In this document: in pieces, positions 11,001-19,299 of the stretch | Layout: each line of letters opens with the position of its first letter | How positions within the stretch are numbered: position 1 is the stretch's first letter | Virus record (IMG/VR): IMGVR_UViG_3300006056_000001 | Location: 1 to 64,000 of that record | DNA from: a virus | Lineage: Duplodnaviria; Caudoviricetes | Reading direction: 5' to 3' (one strand) | DNA length: 64,000 nt | Made by a program: the position numbers and the translations under genes | The notes under the pieces: model-generated | The model's database searches: none | What the model was told of the DNA's origin: nothing | What the model saw: the letters and a program-made list of their open reading frames with translations, nothing else

Positions 11001-12807
11001 GCCTGAATACAGCTTCTTGTAAGTAGTCTACTTTAAAAGTTCCTGTATATTTATCAGGGATATAAACATATTCTGACAACTGTCCATTAACTAAACCTGT
11101 AATATAATTACTTTCTGTATTATTTATTTGTCTAAAAGGAAGACTAAAGAAAGGATTAGGATATATATTTTTAACAGACGTGTTACCAAATACAGCATAC
11201 GCATCTGTTCCTGAGTTGGCTACTAAAGTTGTATTAGTATAGTTTTGTAAACAATATTGATAAGGACCGTCTTGGAAAATTTCTCCAGTTCCTTGTACCA
11301 CCACCGGAAGATTTTGTGCTTCGTCGTAAAATCCAGTTCCATATACAACTCCTGTAGTACTTGGAGTATTTATTAAAACATTAGTCCACAGATCAGGAAG
11401 TGGATCTTCTAAACTAAAAGTACCTGTATCTAAACCTACTTTTACTTTAACTGTAGAATTAGAAGGCTTCCAGTCAGGAATTAGATCTATCTGATATCTT
11501 TCTTTATCTATTATTAGTTCTATAGAGTCCACAGCCGGAGGAAGTGAATCACCAGAATAAGATCTTTGTTCTACTTTAAATCTTATAGGATTAAATAAGT
11601 AATCTGTACCGCCATCTGTTCTAGGATAGTTGTAGATAGGTATCGTACTAAGATCTAAATTTGCAACTGCTGCAGAAGTAGAAAGAGTAGTATTTGTACT
11701 ATCTACCCATCCGCTAAATCCTGAGTATTGTGCAGTAACTTTTGTTACTCCTCCTTTATATGGTAGATAATTTATCTTTGCATTTAAGAATTTATCTATT
11801 GCCATACCTGGATTAAACTCAGAGGTATACATTGAGACAAAGCCAGTACTATAGCTTCTGTCTACAATATCTTCGTCATATATAGAAAGATCATGTAGTA
11901 GCTTAACGTTATCCCACATACTGCTGCCTACAGAAGCAGTTAGGCCGCTGAGTCCTCCTATTCCACTTAATATACTTAAGTCTTTAGAAGGTGCGCCTAT
12001 GAATATGGCAGATAGATTTGAATAGACCGATTGTGTATCAAATTTATTATAACCAATGACAGAACTGCCATCTTCAGAAGATAGATATAAATTGTTATTA
12101 TCTACTCCTATTCTTATTCTTTTAGGAGCATTTAAGTTTAAAGGCAGTGTAATATCAGGATGATTGTATGATCTTAAACCATATGGGCTTACTTCAATGA
12201 AGTCCCACGAAGTACCTAATGCAATAAATACCCCATGTCCAACAACTCCAGATAACGGCGGAAGACCTGTAATATTATTTTGACTTGTATTAAACCCACT
12301 AAATACATGTCCTGTATAAGACGAAGTGCACATTACATCAAACTGCAATGTTATCTTTTCTCCGCCTCCGGTTATATAAGAAGTCAATCCACTGCTAGGA
12401 GATCCACTACCAAGGTATAATCCATATACTCCTCTTCCTGTATATGTATTTAAAACTTGATTAGGATACTCTGTATATATACTTAATGCAGTAGTATCAC
12501 TATCTATTCCAATAAATCCTGAAACTGTGTTTACTAAAGGACTTGTAATATTCCCTGTGTAAACATTAAAGACTCCAGTCAGATTATTAATAGAAATTAA
12601 ATTGTTTTCTAAGTTCCAAGTTGTTACAGCTTTCCAGTTCTTTTCTATAGTTAGATAGCCTGTAGCTGTGCTTAGAAGAGTAATATACCCTCCTTGTATA
12701 CCTTGTAAGGTAGGAGAAGTAAAAATAGTGCCTTCCGCACTATTAAAATCATCTGTAGTTATTGTGCCCTTGGCTGGATAAAAACTCATGTTGTTATTGT
12801 AGACCAA
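7978..12807 (-). CDS. Large tail/baseplate fibre protein (1609 aa) with concanavalin-A/LamG-like domains; true start probably 12789 (MSFYP)
   Basis: Ser/Thr/Gly/Tyr-rich beta protein with LamG-like patterns PLGKWTNFSIYHD...KLWLGVDGKLIG and FAILGWMYP...LTSGDWNYFYV. The ATG at 12789 forms an ATGA overlap with the upstream stop. Confidence 0.6.
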   Translation of the reverse strand: MVYNNNMSFYPAKGTITTDDFNSAEGTIFTSPTLQGIQGGYITLLSTATGYLTIEKNWKAVTTWNLENNLISINNLTGVFNVYTGNITSPLVNTVSGFIGIDSDTTALSIYTEYPNQVLNTYTGRGVYGLYLGSGSPSSGLTSYITGGGEKITLQFDVMCTSSYTGHVFSGFNTSQNNITGLPPLSGVVGHGVFIALGTSWDFIEVSPYGLRSYNHPDITLPLNLNAPKRIRIGVDNNNLYLSSEDGSSVIGYNKFDTQSVYSNLSAIFIGAPSKDLSILSGIGGLSGLTASVGSSMWDNVKLLHDLSIYDEDIVDRSYSTGFVSMYTSEFNPGMAIDKFLNAKINYLPYKGGVTKVTAQYSGFSGWVDSTNTTLSTSAAVANLDLSTIPIYNYPRTDGGTDYLFNPIRFKVEQRSYSGDSLPPAVDSIELIIDKERYQIDLIPDWKPSNSTVKVKVGLDTGTFSLEDPLPDLWTNVLINTPSTTGVVYGTGFYDEAQNLPVVVQGTGEIFQDGPYQYCLQNYTNTTLVANSGTDAYAVFGNTSVKNIYPNPFFSLPFRQINNTESNYITGLVNGQLSEYVYIPDKYTGTFKVDYLQEAVFRPENQARANRIKQYLGQQSTSNEEYVQSVYVYPSVNTHQGRVGLQLEVPDGIATGQLDVTFDLMVEKGKGLSLLISGSNIKEYYIPGDYYRSFAPVSVKTTSTNNLLNVSLYIPSGYVAEEYKFSVDNFTVSPYTSCYITTTGVVLDNHDVGLSEQSGSQASTNNSISISSSIYLDSYPEDTGLLLNLLDNNNGISISIDRYGYLSGHVDLVCDSLDSYGNIIFTGYVKSIVPFPLGKWTNFSIYHDNHYYSGMSVLAQGGSPEAMNCASTNKLWLGVDGKLIGNKDFSPLEWPTIGNLYGQACPPNSRILTNGSQPFKLTLMSGVYGRVDGVKVTSNPVSETEVEVAIKNNRLPPYFIPDVLFKSGPDSIFESGIIKDNKAGKDLHMGSYYNFSSPGYPGWDRGPMRNHLLLSGSSDSELNTPYGENLYSTRLSPGTLGIATYSSSYNYINTSNEELGLTITADADAKYCSGCNDNSFAILGWMYPRTTGTFFKYTNDSNLNRLELLLNTGYQLVSNKYNNSNTLQYSHTGHTLTSGDWNYFYVNLIHTGVKSLTATGVTTSYLGSITGYNTKVVTGTAGYVLYNTGSSFNFVGMDQSLFNIAIPHIYNSQPTTGDYWTTGDKGGRYQVVIEDSLPVSGEQVFDNYKDGYFILGPTTGNSNRYFSLAYHNTYDLIPRLQGITAYDNTPFKEVTTYSIAYDTEQVDKLFGRTDSPIRLGNKVPDNAINIARYSSPSHTVPSSVSTIDLSDSNVNNLINYKDGEYLIGDGVFTLSTLSGTNSGLYTGMFNVVISGQVVSADVNITNCIISDINMDEGYPAYYYYLIGRGDKYVQIPGAYPHYTGQLNTYSTGTVPEMYIANLERIKESISIKNRKGEVIDKNTYPYDISISPYNSNIIETIIKNSTSLYLDNQNTTSTGYILPDGVFSVVLLLNKNRVEGESLFVHYTAYDSNDNIIPGHKEIINPMPIFRERHYSESPKLGVYDLNLNTNSYFDLCLYGINSGYSGSI

Positions 12808-13820
12808 TCAGATATTTTAGAAATATCTCCTAGCAATCCTTTAAATTTAATAGCATACCCATAGGTTTGTCCAGGAATAATTTCATAGTCAACAAAGTAA
12901 TTCCAATTAAACTTGGACCAATCTTTCCATACTTTTGCATTGTTCCTTGTACCTTCATACTTCCATATTTGATACATTACTTCTTTTTCTATATTACTTC
13001 CATTAACAGAAGTATTGAATATATTTATTTCTATTCTTTTTGGTTTGCTCCCTGAAGAAACAATAGGAGGAGTAGGAACTACATTAAATATACTTTGAAA
13101 ATTAATGACTGACTCATTACCAAGAGCATCTCTTAAATTGATTAATACTGTAAAAGGATCTGTAGAATCAGGATTTTGATATAAAGATACTTGCTGTGTT
13201 TCGCCTGGGCAGAACTGTATGTTATGACTTACTCCTTGTGGAGTTTTACATTCTATGTTACAACTACAGTTAGTGCTTCCTGCATAGTTAAAATAGACAA
13301 TTAACTTATCATTTTCATAACCTAAGGCTATTGGTTTTGGTAATATCCCCTTTTGCCAAATAAAGTTTGTATCAAAAGTTTGATTAACAAAACTAACTCC
13401 ATATGCTTGTGGTATACTACCTTCCATAGAAAGGTTAAATTCAATATTGTTACAAGTAGTATAGTTAGGTATTATTGTACCTACATCAAATACTAGCTGT
13501 CCGTGCCATACAGTGCAGTTTGTATTAATAGGTATTTCTGGATTTTTGTAATGCCCTAAAGCTAATGGACAAATAATGTTATTGTTACTATAGCTTACAT
13601 CTTCGTCTACACTAAGCACCTTAAGGGTAGGAGTAAAATAGAAAGCTCCAACTAATATAATATTAAATATAACTAAAGAAGGATTGTTAGAATCTTGACA
13701 TACACTTATAATAGAAACGCTTTCATCAATCTTTTCTAGCCACCTAGATGCTGTAATACAAGGATGCTCGTTAATTTCTTGAGGAGATGGGAAAACGTTG
13801 TCAGGAACTTTGGTGCTCAT
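12786..13820 (-). CDS. Cys-rich structural protein (344 aa) with a C-terminal fibronectin type III-like domain
   Basis: C-terminal YQIWK...YFVDYEIIPGQTYGYAIKFKGLLGDISKISDW matches the FN3 consensus. Confidence 0.6.
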   Translation of the reverse strand: MSTKVPDNVFPSPQEINEHPCITASRWLEKIDESVSIISVCQDSNNPSLVIFNIILVGAFYFTPTLKVLSVDEDVSYSNNNIICPLALGHYKNPEIPINTNCTVWHGQLVFDVGTIIPNYTTCNNIEFNLSMEGSIPQAYGVSFVNQTFDTNFIWQKGILPKPIALGYENDKLIVYFNYAGSTNCSCNIECKTPQGVSHNIQFCPGETQQVSLYQNPDSTDPFTVLINLRDALGNESVINFQSIFNVVPTPPIVSSGSKPKRIEINIFNTSVNGSNIEKEVMYQIWKYEGTRNNAKVWKDWSKFNWNYFVDYEIIPGQTYGYAIKFKGLLGDISKISDWSTITT

Positions 13821-15844
13821 TAGATTATTTCTTGTTTATGTACAGGTCTAGAAAATATATTAAAGACTCCATTCTTTTTGTTTATTAAAGAAAAGAACAT
13901 GCCTTTAGATATAGTCAAATTGTTCCAAGTAATAGTTCCTATATTGTTTGACTTCTTTATTATAGGAGATGTTTCTATACTATCTGGATTATATCCATGA
14001 ATTATTAATCCATACTCTTCATTAATATAAGGTACTTTTACTGTTATTGAGTTACTCGTATTTGTGGCAGTTATAGGTCTTATGTAAAAATTATTAGAAG
14101 TGTATAGTTTACCAGAAGTATTTCCTTGTGTATTATTAATATCAGGAGATATCTCTATTACTACTAGTTTAGTATCATCAAGTTCTTGTTCATTTACACC
14201 TACGTTATGACTAGAAGTAAATAACTCTTCTCCGCCAACACTAAACCTTTTGTCAGAGTACCCTTCTTCTGGAAGAGAGAAAGTAGTAGTATTTTGTAAT
14301 ACATCAAATTCTTGACTAATTGAGAAGCCGAGGTTTGGATTATAGATTGTAATTGAATACTTATCTTGGTTTCCAAAGTCTGTGCTTAATAAAGCAGACA
14401 GCTTATCTTGTGTACTATCTGATATTAATATTACATACTTGTTCTCATCTGTAGGCAGATCTATCTCTATAGGATTTGGATTAATAGGTGACTCAGGTAT
14501 ATTTACTATGATAGTAGGTATTTCGCCTGCCTGATTATTATTTTGATTCTCTCCTTCGTTTACGACAGGAGTTGTAATAACAAGCACAGAGTTTGTTTTT
14601 ATACAAACATCTTGTATATTAAATACTTGAGCTATAATAACTAAAGGACCTTGTTGAAATAAACTACTAAAAGTAGTTGTTCCAAAAGTCAAAGCAGAGC
14701 TTGGCGAACATTGTATTATATCTGTTTCTAGTAATACTAAGGAGGTAGAATTATCTGTTATAGATATTCTTGCATAACAGTGTTGTTCTGTAGTAGGTAG
14801 ATAGTAGCAAGAAATTGCTATAGGTTCTCCATAAACAATCTCTGTTGTATTTACTTCTACAGATAGAGTACTATTTGTATCTTCTAAAGAAATAGGAATA
14901 GATGTATTATTATTTGTATTATTATTTGGAGGAACGATAACAGTATTACCTAAATTACCTGGAATATCTCCTTGTGTTCCTTGGTCTATTGTATTAAGAT
15001 CTGGTATACTATTTGAATTAGAAGGTACAGGAGTCGCAATAGAAGGATTTCTTATTGGATTAAATATCAAGTTTCTATTGTTTGTTTCTCCTATTTTACT
15101 TCCAGAAGGTCTTACTACTTCTATAAGTCTTTCTTTATATATCTCTTGTAAATCTCTAGGAGGAAGTCCTGTAACAGGAACAGGTATACTTCCTACTTCT
15201 CCTGGCAATATGTCTATTGGTATAGGATAAGGATTTGGTGAACCGGGAGGATTTGTATCTCCTGGTACTTGTATTGGGATTCCTCCATGACCTCCTGGCC
15301 CAGGTGGTGGCGGTGGAGGAGGAGGTGGAGGGGGAGGAGGCGGTGGGGGCGGGGGTGGTGGAGGAGTTATAGGCCCTGTAGATCCACCAGGACCGGGACT
15401 TGGCGGAGTTCCACCACCAGAACCTGGCTCCTCTTCTCCAGGAGAACCTGTTATTATAATAGGCTCTCTTTCATCTATCGGGATTCCAGTATTTATATCT
15501 ATTGGATTACCTGTATTAAAACAAGAATAATTAAAGATGCCTATCTGTACAAGATAAGAATGTTGATCATCAAAATTTTCTGCTAATATTCCAGGGATTC
15601 CTCCATAGTTCCAGGCAAACGTACAGCTTGCACTGATATCTCCTACGGTTATAGGGAAGTCAGAGTGTCTAGGATGTTGGTGATTTGGATACATTAATGT
15701 CCAATTAGTATCACACACGTTCCTATATGCTGTTGCAGACTGTTGTAAATACCAAGTACCAGAACACACTATGTTATAATGTATTAGAAGGGTAGATTCA
15801 TTAGCTATGTTTTCTACACTATTTATAGATATGCAGTAGGACAT
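13820..15844 (-). CDS. Pro/Asn-rich virion accessory protein (674 aa) with a 21-proline linker
   Basis: Coupled to both neighbours (TGATG upstream, TAATG downstream). Cys-containing N-terminal domain, poly-Pro run, then beta-rich Ig-like domains. Confidence 0.65.
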   Translation of the reverse strand: MSYCISINSVENIANESTLLIHYNIVCSGTWYLQQSATAYRNVCDTNWTLMYPNHQHPRHSDFPITVGDISASCTFAWNYGGIPGILAENFDDQHSYLVQIGIFNYSCFNTGNPIDINTGIPIDEREPIIITGSPGEEEPGSGGGTPPSPGPGGSTGPITPPPPPPPPPPPPPPPPPPPPPGPGGHGGIPIQVPGDTNPPGSPNPYPIPIDILPGEVGSIPVPVTGLPPRDLQEIYKERLIEVVRPSGSKIGETNNRNLIFNPIRNPSIATPVPSNSNSIPDLNTIDQGTQGDIPGNLGNTVIVPPNNNTNNNTSIPISLEDTNSTLSVEVNTTEIVYGEPIAISCYYLPTTEQHCYARISITDNSTSLVLLETDIIQCSPSSALTFGTTTFSSLFQQGPLVIIAQVFNIQDVCIKTNSVLVITTPVVNEGENQNNNQAGEIPTIIVNIPESPINPNPIEIDLPTDENKYVILISDSTQDKLSALLSTDFGNQDKYSITIYNPNLGFSISQEFDVLQNTTTFSLPEEGYSDKRFSVGGEELFTSSHNVGVNEQELDDTKLVVIEISPDINNTQGNTSGKLYTSNNFYIRPITATNTSNSITVKVPYINEEYGLIIHGYNPDSIETSPIIKKSNNIGTITWNNLTISKGMFFSLINKKNGVFNIFSRPVHKQEII
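15302..15364 (-). repeat. (CCN)21 poly-proline codon tract
   Basis: The plus strand reads 21 consecutive NGG triplets; all four Pro codons are used. Confidence 0.95.
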
Positions 15845-18800
15845 CAGAATTCCAAAGAGATTGTATTTATACTATTGTACTTGGTAGAAAGTTGATTTTG
15901 TACAACCATGTCAAATTCTTGAGTCAGGGTTGTATTTCTTGAATAGTCAAATGCTAACACATTCAACTTGACTGTAAAATCATAGCCTACTGTTATAAGA
16001 CCTGTATTACTATTAAATACTTTATTGTGATAGATCATTATTTTGTAAGGATCTACTTCACTTATATAGATGTAACTTGGTATATACTCTACATCAATAT
16101 TTGTAACTCTACCTTTTACACTTACTATAGAGTTTTCGTAATCTACAAAGAATTCATTAGAGTTTAGTATATTAATTTGATTTTCTGTAAACTTTACACC
16201 TTCTACAAATATTTTGACTGATCCCGGCTTGACAGGATATTTTAATTTAATATTAGATCTATCTTCAGAATACGTTGGAGTATACTTATTCTTTATTAGA
16301 TTATTAGAGAATGTATTTAATAGATTACCACTTGAATCAAAAATAGTTACATTTCCTAGACCTTCTAGATTAACAGGATACTCTGTATTAATTACAGAAA
16401 TTTGATCTCCGCTAGAACTTACTAGGGTTGGAGCTGGTATAGAACCTCTATAGACACCTACATCCTTAGGAGGGATCCAATATAGACTTAGGTTTCCAGA
16501 AGAGTCTGTTATGTCATATATAGAGGCCGCTAATTGGTATTTAAGCCCATATTTCTTCTTGTGTAATAGTCCTGCATACTTACCATTATAGTCTGTTAGA
16601 AAGGCTTTAACCTTAGTTAAGCAGGAAGGATTAGAATCAAAATCTGTTATTTTAATAGTGAATCCAACTCCATTCTCATCGTCAGAAAATGTAGTAGGTA
16701 TACTAGGAATTAGTTCTATCTCTTTAATAGAAGTGCAGTAGTTAACAACAGATATAATTTCTGGCTTTTGTTGTGGTATTAAATGGTACTTATTTTTTAC
16801 TCTTTTTCTAAGCTTGTCTTTTCCTTTAGTTCTAGACCAAGGCATAACTTGCTTTCTTCCTTCTGGCCATCTCCATTCATGTAATGTAGTTACGGCAATG
16901 TCTTCTGGTCCACCATAAGTTCTAGCTGGAATTTCTGGGATAAATATAAATCCATCAGACATTAGGTTTGTTATAGGACTCATGGATAGTCTAGTATCTA
17001 AGAAGTAATCTTCTTTACTACTTTCGTATTCTATAGTTAGCTCATTAAATAATTGCTTTCTATGATAAAGAGAAGGAACATCTGCAAACTCAAATTGAAT
17101 TGCATCCAGTAACATTTTGCCTGTGTAGCCAGGATTTTCAATATGGTTTATTCTGATACTAAAGTTAGATGCTTCAGAAGGAACCTCTATGTTCTTTATA
17201 TTAGTGCAAGGATAAGGTAGTTGAGGAACTATAAAATCATTGGTTAGATCTGCATTAAATCCTATATCATATCTATGCCATATGTTCTTTAGTTCTATCT
17301 CTCCACTTACTACTTTACCTATTGGATCATACATGTGGTTATAGAACTCAATGTCCCAAGAAAGAACACCACTACCATAACTCATTGTATGGAAACTAAA
17401 TACTGAAGGGCCTTGCTTGTTTAAAGGTAGTACATTTTTTATGTATCCTTTGTCAGATACTTGACATACGTATTGTCCTGCTACAGAAGAAGAATGAACA
17501 GAAGAGGCGACACAAGTACTGCCTGAAGACATCCAGTACTTAGGGCTATAGTCTTGTTCTAAGTAATCGAACTGGCCATTAAGTAAAATATTTGAATTAT
17601 TAGAAAACTCTATTGTGTTTTCAGTATCAAAAAAAACAGAGTATTCTCTATTACTTATTACATCATGATCAGAAAAGAAAGCCAAGTCATCTGTGATTAC
17701 AACTGGACCATCTGCTATATAATCTTCAGGAAGTTTATATAAAGTTACTCCTTCTTTAATCTTTAATCTATATAGTACTTTGTTATATACAAAAGAATCA
17801 TTGTTCCAGTTAGAAATCCAACCTTCTATTTCTATTTCTTCTTCCCCTGTTTCAACAGGTAGGTCTTTGTGATAAAGTAGTACGTTTGTAGAATAGATAT
17901 CGTAATAGCTGCTATCTACTGCTTGTCCAGCTACTCTTATTTTGATCTCTTTATTACTTGCTAGTTTAGCTGGTAAAGAAAAAGTAGTATGTGAGATTTC
18001 TCCTAAAGTTCTTGTTTGTTTTTTACTATATAAATAGAACTCTCTTTCGTTAGAATAGAAGTAGCCTTTTTTAAATTTAGGGTACCATAATTCTAAACTT
18101 TTAAAAAGAACATCAGAAAAAGGAGATATACCACAAGTCTTAGAAAGACCTAAATCTAAAGGATTACTAAAAACATCTTGTCCAAAGAATCCAGAAGAAG
18201 ACGGTTTATCATTAGCTCCAATTGCAGTATTAGATTGATTTCTATTTTGATTTAATATATCTTTTAGTAAAAGGTTTGTATCAAAATAAACAGGCAAGTA
18301 TGTACTGACGTAAGTAGTATCATATGCAAAGCTAGGCACTGTACCTAGAACAGGAGAAACAGGCAAGATGTTTAGATCTAATGCGTATCCATTTCTATCT
18401 TTTCTTATTTTAACAGGAGATATAAATTTAGGATCTTCAGACTTACTGTTTAAGTCTAATCCAGTATTTTTCCAATCATTTAGTGTTTTAAATGTTTTTC
18501 TTGGTCTAGATTCTGGACCTCTATAAAAAGCATTATCTTCCAGCGCTATAAAATCATCAGTAGACTTTACCCAGTCATTATAATTACAAATTACTCTTCC
18601 TTCTTCTACATCACTTATAAATAATGTAAGAACTCTACCTGTTGTATTCCATCCTATGTTTCCTATTAAGTGAAGGAGTCCTGTATCTGTAACTCCTGCT
18701 CCGTAGTCATTAGCAAGTTCTGCCCAGATACATGCATTAGAAGTACCTACATTTGTGCTGATGGCTCCATTCATAAACACAGTATTGTGTACTATGGCAG

Positions 18801-19299
18801 ATGATTTACATAACCTAGAAACAATACCATAGTCTCCGTTAATAACTATATTTTGTACAGCCTGTGCTTCTTTACATTGTTCAAAAAATATACCAACGTT
18901 TCTGTTGTTATTAACAATACAATTATTGATTAAAGGATAGTGAGAGTTCAGGGTAGCTCTAATACCTACAGCAAAATATTGAACTCTAAGCCCACTTATT
19001 GTAACGTTTGGATTTCCTGATCCAATATCAATTCCTACTATTTGGTTTTCATTTGAGTGGTTAAAGTCAATTATAGGAAAGCTTCCAGGAACGCTTTTGA
19101 TTATTAATCTATAAGCGGTACCAAATAAAGGATATAAAGCTCCGTCTGGAATACTAAATCCAGCATACGTACCTTTATCAATAGTAACTTCTATGTCTCT
19201 TTCTATTATTGGATTAGTAGAAAGTTCTTCTTTAATTCTATTAATTACATTTTGTATATTAGAATTAGAAGAGTTTATATTGTATGTATAAGTTACCAT
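15844..19299 (-). CDS. Baseplate/tailspike-like protein (1151 aa): N-terminal right-handed beta-helix, CBM-like and Ig-like domains
   Basis: Beta-helix repeats NVTISGLRV, INNCIVNNNRNVGIFFEQC, VQNIVINGDYGI, IVHNTVFMN and SKSEDPKFIS; CBM4/9-like NILLNGQFD...YW; WYPKFKKGYF motif. Confidence 0.65.
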   Translation of the reverse strand: MVTYTYNINSSNSNIQNVINRIKEELSTNPIIERDIEVTIDKGTYAGFSIPDGALYPLFGTAYRLIIKSVPGSFPIIDFNHSNENQIVGIDIGSGNPNVTISGLRVQYFAVGIRATLNSHYPLINNCIVNNNRNVGIFFEQCKEAQAVQNIVINGDYGIVSRLCKSSAIVHNTVFMNGAISTNVGTSNACIWAELANDYGAGVTDTGLLHLIGNIGWNTTGRVLTLFISDVEEGRVICNYNDWVKSTDDFIALEDNAFYRGPESRPRKTFKTLNDWKNTGLDLNSKSEDPKFISPVKIRKDRNGYALDLNILPVSPVLGTVPSFAYDTTYVSTYLPVYFDTNLLLKDILNQNRNQSNTAIGANDKPSSSGFFGQDVFSNPLDLGLSKTCGISPFSDVLFKSLELWYPKFKKGYFYSNEREFYLYSKKQTRTLGEISHTTFSLPAKLASNKEIKIRVAGQAVDSSYYDIYSTNVLLYHKDLPVETGEEEIEIEGWISNWNNDSFVYNKVLYRLKIKEGVTLYKLPEDYIADGPVVITDDLAFFSDHDVISNREYSVFFDTENTIEFSNNSNILLNGQFDYLEQDYSPKYWMSSGSTCVASSVHSSSVAGQYVCQVSDKGYIKNVLPLNKQGPSVFSFHTMSYGSGVLSWDIEFYNHMYDPIGKVVSGEIELKNIWHRYDIGFNADLTNDFIVPQLPYPCTNIKNIEVPSEASNFSIRINHIENPGYTGKMLLDAIQFEFADVPSLYHRKQLFNELTIEYESSKEDYFLDTRLSMSPITNLMSDGFIFIPEIPARTYGGPEDIAVTTLHEWRWPEGRKQVMPWSRTKGKDKLRKRVKNKYHLIPQQKPEIISVVNYCTSIKEIELIPSIPTTFSDDENGVGFTIKITDFDSNPSCLTKVKAFLTDYNGKYAGLLHKKKYGLKYQLAASIYDITDSSGNLSLYWIPPKDVGVYRGSIPAPTLVSSSGDQISVINTEYPVNLEGLGNVTIFDSSGNLLNTFSNNLIKNKYTPTYSEDRSNIKLKYPVKPGSVKIFVEGVKFTENQINILNSNEFFVDYENSIVSVKGRVTNIDVEYIPSYIYISEVDPYKIMIYHNKVFNSNTGLITVGYDFTVKLNVLAFDYSRNTTLTQEFDMVVQNQLSTKYNSINTISLEF

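Noticed and set aside
15269-15586. Arg/Trp-rich plus-strand ORF resembling an antimicrobial peptide
   Set aside because: It is simply the antisense reading of the poly-proline tract.
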